Origin: an uncultured Methylomirabilota bacterium | GTDB taxonomy: Bacteria; Methylomirabilota; Methylomirabilia; Methylomirabilales; 2-02-FULL-66-22 | Length of the DNA stretch: 64,000 nt | Direction: 5' to 3' | Assembly (NCBI GenBank): GCA_963845565.1 | Contig: CAWJSJ010000005.1 | Location: forward strand, 480,001 to 544,000 | Part shown: positions 48,261 through 58,541 of the stretch, piece by piece | Numbering within the stretch: position 1 is the stretch's first letter | How the letters are laid out: each line of letters starts with the position of its first letter | The notes under the pieces: generated by a model | What the model saw: the letters and a program-made list of their open reading frames with translations, nothing else | Told to the model about the DNA's origin: nothing | Database searches by the model: none | Program-made: the position numbers and the translations under genes

Positions 48261-51059
48261 CTACGCGATCCCATCGGCGATGGCGCGGACCAGCGCCTGC
48301 CGGATGGCGTCCATGCGCGCCGGTTCGGCCACTTTCCGCCCGTCCTTCTCGGTGACGTAGAACACGTCCACGGCTTGATCCACCTCGGTCGCGATCTTTG
48401 CCAGCGTGACGTCCACGTCGAGCCCGGAGAGGGTGCTGGCGATCACATAGAGCAGGCCGAGCCGGTCCTGGGCGCGGATGTCGATGACCGTGAACCGGTC
48501 CGAGACGACGTTGTCGAATTCCACCCGGGTGTGGATCTCGTGCGCCCGCGGGACGGGCTTGGCCAGCAGATCGCGGCGCAGGGTCCGGATGAGGTCCCGG
48601 ACGCCGACCTGCCCCAGGATCACGCCGCGCAGATCCTGACCGAAGCGGTGCCACACGGTCTCGTTCTCGAGGGCGGCTCCGCGCCCGTCGCTCACCTGGA
48701 AGGCGCGGATCATGACCCCGTCGGCCCGGCTGAAGAGCTGCGCAGAGAGGATATTGATGCCGTGGGCCGTGAGCGTCCCGACGACGCTGGTGAAGCGTCC
48801 GGGTGCGGCCGGCGCGCATACCAGCACCTCCGAATAGCCGGCCAGGGGGAAGGCGGACCAGTGGACCGCGACGGGCTCCCCTCGGCGCACGCGATCGATG
48901 AGCTGGAGGTGCTGGGCGACCTTGACGCCGGAGGTGTGCAGGACGTACCGGATCGGCATGAGGTCGAGGTGCTGTCCGACCACCTCGGCGCCGAACTCCC
49001 CGCCCAGTTCCGCCACCAAGGCGGCCCGCAGGCTCCGGGCGCGTCGGTGCTCTTCTTCCCCCTCGGGGACGCCGCGCGTCAGGATGGTGTGCGTCTTGAT
49101 GAACAGCTCCCAGAGGAGCGTACCCTTCCAGTCGGTCCACACCTGGGGGCCCACGGCGTTGATGTCCAGGTAGGTGAGGAGGTACAGCATCCGGAGCAGT
49201 TCCTCGGTCTCGACCAGCCGGGCGAACTCGATGATCAGACGCTCGTCGTCCAGATCCCGCCGTTCGGCGATGTGCGCCATGCTGAGGTGTTGCGCGACCA
49301 GGAAGGTGACGGCGGCGATGTCGGCGGGCGGCAGTCCCAGGCGGGTGAGTACCGCTTCCGCGATGGCGACTCCCCGCTCGGAGTGGCCGTGCCCCTCGCC
49401 CTTGCCGATGTCGTGCAGGAGGATGGCGAGCTTCAGGATCTCGGGCTTGCGTAGCTCCTGGGCGATGCGCCGGAACTCCTGCAAACGCGGGTCGTCGGTG
49501 CCGCGCAAGCCCTCGAGACAGTCCAGCAAGACAAAGGTGTGCTCATCCACCGTGTAGCGGTGGTAGTAGTCGAACTGGACCAGGCAGGCGATCCGGGCGA
49601 ACTCCGGAATATACGCGGTCAGGACGCCAAGCCGATGCATCTGCCGGAGCGTCTCGGCGACGCCGTGGGGCGCGCGCAGGATGGCCAGAAAGAATCCCAG
49701 GGCGCGGTTCGAGCGGCGAAACGCGTCGTCGATAAGGTCCAGGTGGCCGCGAACCGCCTCGTTCGCCTCTCCGCTCAGCTCATACCCCATCTCTTGCCGA
49801 TACCAAAAGATCTTCAGCAGCCGGACCGGGTCGACCCGAAAACACTCCCGCTGGGCGGGGAGGATGTGGATTTGCCGGTTGAGTTCCACGAAATCGTCCC
49901 CGATATCCCGAGCCCGCAACTTCTTCATCATGGCCTCCACGGGGGAGCCGGACCGCTCGGCGCACCGCTCGGTGACCCGCCGGGAGATCTGATGGAGCCC
50001 CCCGGCGCGGCGATAGTACTGCTGCATGAACTGCTCGACCCCATATTTCTGGCCGTCGCAAAACCCAAGGCTGGCTGCCACCGGGACCTGGACCGCCAGG
50101 CTCAACACGTCGTGCTTGCCGGCCTGGAGGTAGTGGAGCTCGCTCCGGACGCGCAGGAGAAAGTCCAGCGCCTGGACGCACTGGCCCAGCTCCACGGGGG
50201 TGAGCAGGTTGAGGGAGGAAAGGTCCGCCAGGTCTGCCAGGCGATGGCGCGCCCGGGCGACCCAGACGGCGACATGAAAGTCCCGCAGTCCGCCGGGCCC
50301 TTCTTTGACGTTCGGTTCCTGTAGGAAGACCGACCCGCCGTATTTCTGGTGGCGCCGCCCCTGCTCCTCCAGTTTCTCCGCGATGTACTGCTGGCCCCGG
50401 CGACCCTGCAGACCCCGCCACATGCGCGCCTGCATCTCGGCGAACACGGCGGGCTGCCCGGCAAGAAAACGGGCCTCCAGCATGGAGGTCCGGGCGGTCA
50501 GATCCGTCTCCATCATGCGGGCGGCGTCGGCCAAGGAACGGCAGCTATGCCCGACCGTGAAGCCGAGATCCCAGAGAAAATACAGGACGTGGTTCAGAAC
50601 CGCGCTCACATACTCGTCCACGTGCCGGGGATACAGGAACATCACGTCCACGTCGGAGGCGGGGTTCAGCTCGCGCCGACCGTATCCGCCCAGCGCCACG
50701 ACCGCGCAGCCCTCGGTTCGCTCCCGCACATCCTGGCGGAGCCCGCTGTCGGCCAACCGGAAGAGCTGGCAGATGATCGCGTCCACCAGGTCGGTATGCA
50801 GGCCCACCACATCGAGACCGCTGGCGCCCTGGCGGTGGGCGGCCTCGATGGCGCCTCGCTCCTCGCCGATGAACTGCTTGACGGGGGGCAACAACGCCTG
50901 CCGGAGCGCTTCCCCGTCGGCGCCTACCAGCGCGTGAGCCTCCATGAGACCCCGCAGGCGTCGCGTCACGTCCGTGTCGAGACCGTAGGAGATCTCCGGT
51001 GAGGCGGCGACCGCTCCCCAGTGAAACAGCCGGGTCAATGAACGAACGAGGTCAGCCAT
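48261..51059 (-). CDS. glnD: [Protein-PII] uridylyltransferase/uridylyl-removing enzyme
   Basis: ALGGYGRREL.PASDVD, EPNVKEGPGGLRD, HRYTVDEH, LLHDIGKG, two ACT domains (DRLGLL). Confidence 0.95.
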   Translation of the reverse strand: MADLVRSLTRLFHWGAVAASPEISYGLDTDVTRRLRGLMEAHALVGADGEALRQALLPPVKQFIGEERGAIEAAHRQGASGLDVVGLHTDLVDAIICQLFRLADSGLRQDVRERTEGCAVVALGGYGRRELNPASDVDVMFLYPRHVDEYVSAVLNHVLYFLWDLGFTVGHSCRSLADAARMMETDLTARTSMLEARFLAGQPAVFAEMQARMWRGLQGRRGQQYIAEKLEEQGRRHQKYGGSVFLQEPNVKEGPGGLRDFHVAVWVARARHRLADLADLSSLNLLTPVELGQCVQALDFLLRVRSELHYLQAGKHDVLSLAVQVPVAASLGFCDGQKYGVEQFMQQYYRRAGGLHQISRRVTERCAERSGSPVEAMMKKLRARDIGDDFVELNRQIHILPAQRECFRVDPVRLLKIFWYRQEMGYELSGEANEAVRGHLDLIDDAFRRSNRALGFFLAILRAPHGVAETLRQMHRLGVLTAYIPEFARIACLVQFDYYHRYTVDEHTFVLLDCLEGLRGTDDPRLQEFRRIAQELRKPEILKLAILLHDIGKGEGHGHSERGVAIAEAVLTRLGLPPADIAAVTFLVAQHLSMAHIAERRDLDDERLIIEFARLVETEELLRMLYLLTYLDINAVGPQVWTDWKGTLLWELFIKTHTILTRGVPEGEEEHRRARSLRAALVAELGGEFGAEVVGQHLDLMPIRYVLHTSGVKVAQHLQLIDRVRRGEPVAVHWSAFPLAGYSEVLVCAPAAPGRFTSVVGTLTAHGINILSAQLFSRADGVMIRAFQVSDGRGAALENETVWHRFGQDLRGVILGQVGVRDLIRTLRRDLLAKPVPRAHEIHTRVEFDNVVSDRFTVIDIRAQDRLGLLYVIASTLSGLDVDVTLAKIATEVDQAVDVFYVTEKDGRKVAEPARMDAIRQALVRAIADGIA

Positions 51060-51203
51060 GTCGCCTCGCGCCCGACCCGACGGCGGATCGGGGCGCTCGA
51101 GTCACGGTCCAAACCGATGCGCTGGCAGCGCGCAGCCTATCGTTCGGAGGCACGAGTTGCAACAGATAATTGGCTCACGCGGGTGGGGTGCCGGCTGGGG
51201 GAA

Positions 51204-51247
51204 GACGAGCGGACGCCCCGTTGCCTTCGGTGAGACATCCGCTCGTC
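51204..51247. terminator. Stable hairpin between amtB and glnD
   Basis: GACGAGCGGACGCCCC...GAGACATCCGCTCGTC inverted repeat; weak U tract. Confidence 0.45.
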
Positions 51248-51265
51248 GCGCGTCGCGAAAGCTGG

Positions 51266-52735
51266 TCAGTGGCCGACCGGAGGCCGGTGGCCGGAGGACC
51301 CCCATCCGGCGCCGAGGCCCGTGCTGCCGATCAGGCCGACGGTATAGGCGCTCTCGTTGTGCTGGCTCAGGTCGAGCCCGGCAACCTCGTCCTCCTCGTG
51401 GATACGCAACCCGATGACTGCGTCAACGAGCTTGAGCAGGATGAGGCTTCCCACGAAGGCAAAGACCCAGGTGACCAGGATGCTGATCACCTGGGTCAGG
51501 AGTTGCCCGGGATTTCCGAAGAAGAGACCGTTTCCCCCGGCGTCGTTCACGGCCTTGCTGGCGAACAGCCCGGTGGCCAGCGCGCCCCAGGTTCCCCCGA
51601 CGCCGTGGACCCCGACCACATCCAGCGAATCGTCGTATCCCAGGCGGGACTTCAGATTGCAGGCGTTATAACACAGGATGCCTCCCACGCCGCCGATGAC
51701 CACCGCGGACAGCGGCCCGACGTAGCCCGACGCCGGCGTGATGGCCACCAGGCCGGCCACGGCACCGGACGCGGCGCCGAGCACGGTGGGCTTGCCCCGG
51801 GCGAGCCATTCGGTGAACACCCAGGTGAGCGTGGCCGCGGCGGTGGCGACGTGGGTGACGACGAACGCACTGGTGGCCAGCGCGCCCGAACTCAAGGCGC
51901 TGCCGGCATTGAAGCCAAACCATCCGACCCACAGCATGGCGGCGCCCGTCACGGTGAGGGGCAGGTTGTGGGGCGGCATCGGCTCGGTGCCAAACCCGCG
52001 CCGTTTCCCGATGACAAGCGCCGCCGCCAGAGCCGAGACGCCCGAGCTGATGTGGACCACCGTGCCTCCGGCGAAGTCGAGGGCGCCCAAGTTCCGAAGC
52101 CACCCGCCCACGCCCCACACCCAGTGGGCGAGCGGATCGTAGATGAAGGTGGCCCAGAGGACGGTGAAGACCAGGAACCCGCTGAACTTGATCCGCTCCG
52201 CGAATGCGCCGGTGATCAGGGCGGGGGTGATGATGGCGAACATGAGCTGGTAGATCATGAACGCCTGGTGGGGAATCGTGGCGGCATAATCCGGGTTGGG
52301 CTCGAGGCCGACACCGTTGAGACCGATCCACGACAGATTGCCGATCAGGCCGTGCACATCAGGTCCAAAGGAGATGCTGTAGCCCCAGAGGACCCACTGG
52401 ATGCTGATCACGGCCATCAGGATGAAACTCTGCATGATGGTTCCCAGGACGTTATGCTGGCGGACCATGCCCCCATAGAACAGGGCCAGGCCGGGGGCCG
52501 TCATCATGAGAACCAGGGCGGCCGAAGTGAGCATCCACGCCGTATCGCCACTGTCGACCTTGGGCTGCGGCGTGGCCGGCGCGGCGGCCACCGGGGGCGT
52601 GACTGCCGGCGCCACAATCCCGCCGGCCGGCGCCGGCGGCGTCGCTTGCTGCGCCGCGGCCGGCGTGGCCACCAACCAGAACGCCGTCAATGTCAGGCCG
52701 AGAGCCAGCAGCCGAAACGGTCGGTAGTGCGTCAT
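51266..52735 (-). CDS. amtB: Ammonium transporter AmtB
   Basis: [37 protein letters not shown] (twin His); signal peptide plus Pro/Ala linker. Confidence 0.96.
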   Translation of the reverse strand: MTHYRPFRLLALGLTLTAFWLVATPAAAQQATPPAPAGGIVAPAVTPPVAAAPATPQPKVDSGDTAWMLTSAALVLMMTAPGLALFYGGMVRQHNVLGTIMQSFILMAVISIQWVLWGYSISFGPDVHGLIGNLSWIGLNGVGLEPNPDYAATIPHQAFMIYQLMFAIITPALITGAFAERIKFSGFLVFTVLWATFIYDPLAHWVWGVGGWLRNLGALDFAGGTVVHISSGVSALAAALVIGKRRGFGTEPMPPHNLPLTVTGAAMLWVGWFGFNAGSALSSGALATSAFVVTHVATAAATLTWVFTEWLARGKPTVLGAASGAVAGLVAITPASGYVGPLSAVVIGGVGGILCYNACNLKSRLGYDDSLDVVGVHGVGGTWGALATGLFASKAVNDAGGNGLFFGNPGQLLTQVISILVTWVFAFVGSLILLKLVDAVIGLRIHEEDEVAGLDLSQHNESAYTVGLIGSTGLGAGWGSSGHRPPVGH

Positions 52736-52933
52736 GGCGTTTGCCTCCGTAACCGGGCGGACAGACAGGTGCGGCGTGGCGTGACGTCGGGCAGGCAGGC
52801 GTGAGGGGTTGGCGCCTCGAACCCGCGCAACCACCTCGTTTCTCTCGCCTGATGCGGACGGATTTCAGCCGGACAATCCGGGGCCGCCTTGCCCATGGGT
52901 GCACTGCAGCGTGCTCACCACGGCTGACGTGAG

Positions 52934-52949
52934 AGCATGCGGCGTGCCC
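52934..52949 (-). promoter_or_regulatory. Putative sigma54 promoter of amtB
   Basis: GGGCAC-GCCGC-ATGCT (GG-N10-GC); NtrC-like TGCTCA-N5-TGGGCG at 53092-53108. Confidence 0.55.
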
Positions 52950-53218
52950 ATCGGGCGCGCGGCCGCCGCCGGCGAATGAGGCACACACGAAAGTCCGGAT
53001 TTTCAAGGAAGAACCGGCCCTGGGGGCCACGCGGGGACCGTCACCGATGGGTCCGAGTAGTGCCCGCGAGTTCATCATCGCGGTGGCCGATTGCTCAGCG
53101 TTTGGGCGCGCGAGGCCCCTTTTCCGACAGGAGCCACCCCAGGGGCAACAGGACGGACACCGCGAGTGCGCGGTGGTGGAGGGGGCACGGGAGGGAACGG
53201 GGCCGCCCAAGAACCGGG

Positions 53219-53968
53219 CTATCCGCGGTCCTTATAGCAGCGCTGACTGGCAAGCGGCGGCGCGGTGTCGGCCAGGGCCAGCCGCACGGCGGCCTGGGCA
53301 AGGATCCAGGACGGATCGAGGACGGGCACGGGCAGGTCGCCATCTCGGAGAATGAGCGGGATCTCGGTGCAGCCGGCGATGATCGCCTCGGCGCCGCGAT
53401 CCTGGAGGTGGGCCGCAGCCTCTCGGATCAGGCGGCGGGGACGGTCGAGGGATTGCCCCTGCTTGACGGCGTAGATGGCCTCCATGACGCACGAGGCCTG
53501 GATGGCCGGCTCGCAGGTCAAGATCGCCAATCCGTGCGGTTCGAACTTTCGCTCGAACATGCGCGACTGGAGCGTGCCGCTCGTCGCCAAGAGCCCGAAA
53601 CGTCTGGCCGCGGGGTTGGCGTCGGCTGCTGCCGCCGCGGTCTCGCGGACCAGATGCAGGAGAGGGACATCGATCGCGGTCTGGAGTCCATCGTAGAAGT
53701 GGTGGGCGGTCACGCACGGCATGGTCAGAAAGTCCGCACCCGCGCGGATCAGCGCCTTGGCGGTGGCCACCAAGGCCGGTAACGGGTCCGGCCCCTCGCC
53801 CCGGATGGCGGCGGTGCGGTCTGGAATGTGCGGATTGCTGAAGATCAGGACTTTCAGGTGATCCTGGTCGCTCTGCGCCGGGGTCGCCTGGATGAGCTTC
53901 TGAAAAAAATCCGCCGTGGCCGCCGGACCCATGCCACCCAACACGCCAATGGTCTTCGTCTGACGCAT
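53219..53968 (-). CDS. Aspartate/glutamate racemase family protein
   Basis: IGVLGGMGPAAT, IPDRT, PCVTAH and AGCTEIP (two catalytic Cys). Confidence 0.9.
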   Translation of the reverse strand: MRQTKTIGVLGGMGPAATADFFQKLIQATPAQSDQDHLKVLIFSNPHIPDRTAAIRGEGPDPLPALVATAKALIRAGADFLTMPCVTAHHFYDGLQTAIDVPLLHLVRETAAAAADANPAARRFGLLATSGTLQSRMFERKFEPHGLAILTCEPAIQASCVMEAIYAVKQGQSLDRPRRLIREAAAHLQDRGAEAIIAGCTEIPLILRDGDLPVPVLDPSWILAQAAVRLALADTAPPLASQRCYKDRG

Positions 53969-54148
53969 GATGCCGTGAGTGTGCACCAATTCGCGGCGCA
54001 CGTCAAGATGCGCCCTCCCGTGCGCCACCTCCCGCGTGCTCCCTCGGATGGTCGGCACGGCAATGGCGACTTGACCCGGCGGCCGTTCCGCGATATGAGC
54101 TACGCTTGATGATCCAGTAAAGCATCGGCAGTCGATCCGAGGTTCCCG

Positions 54149-54943
54149 GTGACGGTTTCTTTCCTGCTCACGCTGGCTGCGCTGGGATTCATGGGCGCCT
54201 TCGTCGCCGGGCTGCTTGGCGTCGGGGGCGCGATCCTCATGATCCCCCTTCTGCTCTACGTCCCACCCTGGATCGGTTTCCCTCCCCTGGATGTCAGGGC
54301 CGTGACTGCGATCAGCATGGTCCAGGTGTTTTTTGCGGCCCTGTCCGGCGCCATCGCCCACGGGAGACACGGCGCCGTGCATCGGGGGCTCAGCGTGACG
54401 GTGGGCGCCGCCGCGGCGGTCGGGTCGCTGGCCGGCGGCGTCGCCTCCCGTTGGTTGCCCGAACACGCGCTGCTCGCGATCTTTGCGGCGATGGCAAGCC
54501 TAGGGGTTCTCTTGATGTGGGTGGCCCCCACGGCACACGACGGCCAGTCCCGCACGGCGGACATGGCGCCTTTTCACCGGCCACTCGTCCTGCTCACCGG
54601 GGGCGGCGTCGGCGTCGGCGCCGGACTGGTTGGCGCAGGCGGTGCCTTTCTGCTGGTACCCCTCCTGATCACCGTGGTCGGAATCCCCACCCGGATCACC
54701 ATCGGGAGCTCGCTGGTCATCACCCTCTGGACTGCCGCCGCGGGCGTCGTGGGAAAGCTGATGACCGGGCAGGTCCCCTTCGCTCCCGCGGTGGCACTGG
54801 TCCTGGGTGCGATTCCCGGGGCACAAGTCGGCGGGTGGGCTAGCCGGCGTTTTGGTGTACGAAGTTTGAAAGGCCTGCTGACCGGACTCACCACGCTGGT
54901 GGCGTTACGGATCTGGATTGACGTACTCTCGCGCGTGTGGTAG
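54149..54943 (+). CDS. Sulfite exporter TauE/SafE family protein
   Basis: GLLGVGGAILMIPLL and GLVGAGGAFLLVPLL repeats; ~8 TM. Confidence 0.88.
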   Translation: MTVSFLLTLAALGFMGAFVAGLLGVGGAILMIPLLLYVPPWIGFPPLDVRAVTAISMVQVFFAALSGAIAHGRHGAVHRGLSVTVGAAAAVGSLAGGVASRWLPEHALLAIFAAMASLGVLLMWVAPTAHDGQSRTADMAPFHRPLVLLTGGGVGVGAGLVGAGGAFLLVPLLITVVGIPTRITIGSSLVITLWTAAAGVVGKLMTGQVPFAPAVALVLGAIPGAQVGGWASRRFGVRSLKGLLTGLTTLVALRIWIDVLSRVW

Positions 54944-55257
54944 CCAAGATGATAACGGTCACTGTCAAAAAACGTCATCCAAGAGGACAAATTCTGAGGT
55001 ATTTACCACACCATCTCACGCGATAAAGACCAATTATGTCCCGCATCTTGCCCGCCCCTCCATCGATCACCGGAAAACGGTTTCGATCGTAACCACAATA
55101 AAAATCAGAGGAATAATCACCTCACTCCGGTTTTCTTGACACGGAACTCCCCGGGAACTTTGAAAGGTCACTCTTGGTATGTTGATTGCTTGTTAGGATA
55201 GTCTATTGGTGGGATTTCTGGTGTCGACGGCGCTGTTGCCATACAGGAGGGGTGTTG

Positions 55258-55695
55258 ATGAAGCTGACGCGCGGGGGAGAGTACGGGATTCGCGGTGTCC
55301 TCTATCTTGCCAAACAAGAGGAGGGCAAGGTGAGCATGCTCTCGGCCATTGCCAAGGAGCAGGATGTGCCACCCCGGTTTCTTGCCAAGATTTTTCAGGC
55401 GCTGGCAAAGGCCGGCGTGGTCAGGTCGCATCGTGGCGCGAAGGGCGGGTTCTCTCTGGCCCGGGCTGCCTCAGAGGTGACGATCAAGGATGTCATCGAG
55501 GCCGTCGAGGGCCCGATTCATTTGAACGTGTGCCTGGTGGCCCCCGGGGAGTGTAACCGAGACACCCTCTGCCCCGTGCATGCGGTGTGGGAGGAGGCCC
55601 AGGAGAAGATGATGGAGGTCCTGAACCGGAAGAGTTTTGCGGAGTTGGCCAGGGTTGAGAAGGAACTGCTGTTAACGATTGCGCCCCCCGCGTAA
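55258..55695 (+). CDS. Rrf2 family transcriptional regulator (3-Cys, Fe-S type)
   Basis: EYGIR, SHRGAKGGFSL, C-x6-C-x5-C; AGGAGG RBS. Confidence 0.92.
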   Translation: MKLTRGGEYGIRGVLYLAKQEEGKVSMLSAIAKEQDVPPRFLAKIFQALAKAGVVRSHRGAKGGFSLARAASEVTIKDVIEAVEGPIHLNVCLVAPGECNRDTLCPVHAVWEEAQEKMMEVLNRKSFAELARVEKELLLTIAPPA

Positions 55696-55864
55696 CGCAC
55701 TCCCCTCACCGGGAGCGATCTCGCGGGACACGGGACTCGCTCCCGGGGGTTTCCCCGACTCTTCACCGCGCCGCTCGACCTCGGCCCGCCGGGATCCCTT
55801 TTCGGCTTCGCGGTTGCAATTGGGTACTCCGTCGTCTATCATCCCTCCCGGAAGGGAGTGGTGC

Positions 55865-58459
55865 ATGACCCCACCGGTCTCTTACAAGGCCGCGATCGCT
55901 GAAAAAATTCTACCATTTCTCAGCAAGCCGTCCCGGTACATTGCTGCGGAGTGGAATGCCGTCGTCAAGGACCCGGCGACGGCCGAGGTGCGCATCGCCT
56001 TGGCATTCCCGGACGTCTACGAGATCGGAATGTCCCACCTGGGCCTGAAGATCCTCTATCAAATCTTGAATGCGCGCCCGGAAATCCTGGCGGAGCGCGT
56101 GTATGCACCCTGGCTTGATGCCGAGGCCCTCCTGCGGGAGCAGCGGGTGCCGTTGTGCAGCCAGGAGTCCGGCCTTCCCCTGTCCGGATTCGATATCGTT
56201 GGGTTCACCTTGCAGTACGAGCTATCGTTCGCCACGATTCTAGCCATGCTGGAACTCGGCGGGATCCCCGTCCGCTCGGGCGACCGGCGGGACGGCGATC
56301 CGCTGGTGGTGGCTGGGGGGCCCGTGGCATTTGCCCCGGAACCGCTGGCGGATTTTGTGGACGCGTTCCTGATCGGTGACGGGGAAGAGGCCGCGCTCGA
56401 ATTGTGCGCGGTGGTCCGGGACTGGAAGCGGCAACGCGGCGGGCGCGAGGCCTTGCTCCGAGCGGTCAAGGGCATCCCGGGGATGTACGTGCCCGCCCTG
56501 CACGTGCCCGGCGAGGTGGTGGAGAAGCGCACTGCTCTGCGGCTCGATACGGTCGACTATGGGCGATTTCCCGTACCGTACATGGAGATCGTCCACGATC
56601 GCGCGGGGCTCGAGGTGATGCGGGGCTGTGCGCAAGGATGCCGCTTCTGCCAGGCCGGGTATATTTACCGGCCGGTGCGCGAACTGGATGCGCCGACGAT
56701 CCGTGCGATGGTCGAGCGGTCCCTTCAGGGAACAGGGTACGAGGAGATTTCGCTGTCCGCGCTGTCCATCGCCGATCTGGCCTGTCTCCGTGAGCTCTTT
56801 CCGTCTCTCATGGAGAGCCTGGCGCCGACCCGGACGTCGCTCAGTCTGCCCTCTCTTCGGGTGGAGGCCTTGAATCGGAACCCGGAACTCGCCGCCGAGA
56901 TCGCCCGCGTGCGCAAGACGGGGTTGACCATCGCCCCGGAAGCGGGCTCCGCGCGCCTCCGGGGACTCATCAACAAGGTCGGATTCGACGAAGCGGGCAT
57001 TCTTGCTGCCGTCCAGAATGCGGCCCGGTCCGGCTGGACATCGCTCAAATTCTACTTCATGATCGGCCTGCCCACCGAGACCCAGGCCGACATCGACGAC
57101 ATCGTGCGCGTGTCCCGCGAGGCCGCCCGGATCGCCCGACGGGGGCGGTCCCGGGGCTTCGGCCTCACGGTCAGCGCCAGCTCGTTCGTTCCCAAGCCGC
57201 ATACGCCGTTCCAGTGGTTCGCGCAAGAGCCGATGGAGGTCTTGCAGGAGAAGCAGAGGTATCTCCGGTCGCGACTGCGCGAGTCACGGATCGATTTCAA
57301 GTGGCATCAGGTGGAATCCTCATTCTTGGAAGCGGTCTTCGCGCGCGGGACGCGGGAGGTGGGTGCCGCCATCGCCTTGGGCTACCAGCGCGGCTGCCGC
57401 TTCGACGGCTGGACCGAGCAGTTGCAGTTCGAGGCGTGGATGCGCGCATTTGCCGACGCCGGCGTCGACCCCTTCGCCATCGCGAACCGGCCGGTGCCGC
57501 TGGAGGCGCCGCTTCCGTGGGATCACATTGACGCCGGTGTCGATAAGGCCTTCTTGGTGCGCGAGTACCGACGGGCCCTGGACGGCACGCGGACCGAGGA
57601 TTGTCACGTGGGTCCCTGCAACGGGTGCGGCGAGCCATGCGCGCCAAGCTGGCAGGCCTGGGCGGAGACGATCGGGTACCGTCCGCCGACCCCCGAGCGC
57701 GTCGAGGCGTCGACAGACGGGAACCCCGTCGCGACGCCCCCCGAGCGCCCCTCGGGCCACGCGACGCAGAAGATTCGTTTCGAATTTCAGAAGGTGGGGG
57801 AGCTGCGGTTCTTGTCCCACCTTGAACTGATGCGGGCGCTCTCGCGATCCTTGCGCCGTGCCGGCATCCCTCTGGCCTTCACGCAGGGGTTCAACCCCCA
57901 ACCCCGGCTCTCGTTGGCCCAGGCTCTGGCCGTGGGCATCGAAGGGCGACGGGAACTCGGCGAGGTTGAGCTCGTCCAGCGGATGGAGCCGGAGGCGTTG
58001 CTGACAGCCTGGAATCGCCAGTTGCCGCCCGAGCTTAAGATTCTCCGGTCTTGGGAAGCCCCCCTGAATGGTCCGTCGCTTTCCGCCGGGGTACGAGGTG
58101 CCGTGTATCACATCCAGCTCGCGCCGAACGGTTGGGACACCACGATCCTGGCCGCCCTCGGCACCACCGAGTCCTGTGCTGCGTTTCTGGCGCAGGAATC
58201 CATTCCCGTCGAGGCGACCAAGAAGGGCCAGGCCGTGGCCCTCGACGCGCGCCCGTTCCTCCAGGAGTTCGTCGGCGCAGGCGGCCGCGGTTCCCCCGGG
58301 TGGCAGATGCAGTTGCGGGTGGGTCCGGCGGGTAGCGTGAAGCCTGCGGCGGTGATGCGGAGCTTCTTGGGCGGACAGGTTCCCCCCGGTGAGCTGGGTC
58401 ACATGGTCTCGTCCCTCCGGATCGCGCGGACTGCTCTCATCCTCGAGGGCCAGGGGTAG
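55865..58459 (+). CDS. B12-binding-like radical SAM protein (TIGR03960) fused to TIGR03936 domain
   Basis: FPDVYEIGMSHLG, RGCAQGCRFCQAG, TIAPEAGS, FVPKPHTPFQW; C-terminal RFLSHLE...AFTQGFNPQP. Confidence 0.88.
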   Translation: MTPPVSYKAAIAEKILPFLSKPSRYIAAEWNAVVKDPATAEVRIALAFPDVYEIGMSHLGLKILYQILNARPEILAERVYAPWLDAEALLREQRVPLCSQESGLPLSGFDIVGFTLQYELSFATILAMLELGGIPVRSGDRRDGDPLVVAGGPVAFAPEPLADFVDAFLIGDGEEAALELCAVVRDWKRQRGGREALLRAVKGIPGMYVPALHVPGEVVEKRTALRLDTVDYGRFPVPYMEIVHDRAGLEVMRGCAQGCRFCQAGYIYRPVRELDAPTIRAMVERSLQGTGYEEISLSALSIADLACLRELFPSLMESLAPTRTSLSLPSLRVEALNRNPELAAEIARVRKTGLTIAPEAGSARLRGLINKVGFDEAGILAAVQNAARSGWTSLKFYFMIGLPTETQADIDDIVRVSREAARIARRGRSRGFGLTVSASSFVPKPHTPFQWFAQEPMEVLQEKQRYLRSRLRESRIDFKWHQVESSFLEAVFARGTREVGAAIALGYQRGCRFDGWTEQLQFEAWMRAFADAGVDPFAIANRPVPLEAPLPWDHIDAGVDKAFLVREYRRALDGTRTEDCHVGPCNGCGEPCAPSWQAWAETIGYRPPTPERVEASTDGNPVATPPERPSGHATQKIRFEFQKVGELRFLSHLELMRALSRSLRRAGIPLAFTQGFNPQPRLSLAQALAVGIEGRRELGEVELVQRMEPEALLTAWNRQLPPELKILRSWEAPLNGPSLSAGVRGAVYHIQLAPNGWDTTILAALGTTESCAAFLAQESIPVEATKKGQAVALDARPFLQEFVGAGGRGSPGWQMQLRVGPAGSVKPAAVMRSFLGGQVPPGELGHMVSSLRIARTALILEGQG

Positions 58460-58541
58460 GCCTCCCAGTTTCCCGTCTCCGCCGCGCCGTAGGACTCCGG
58501 TGTTCTGCGGTCCGGCGGAAGAGGGCGTCGAGGTCCCCCGC

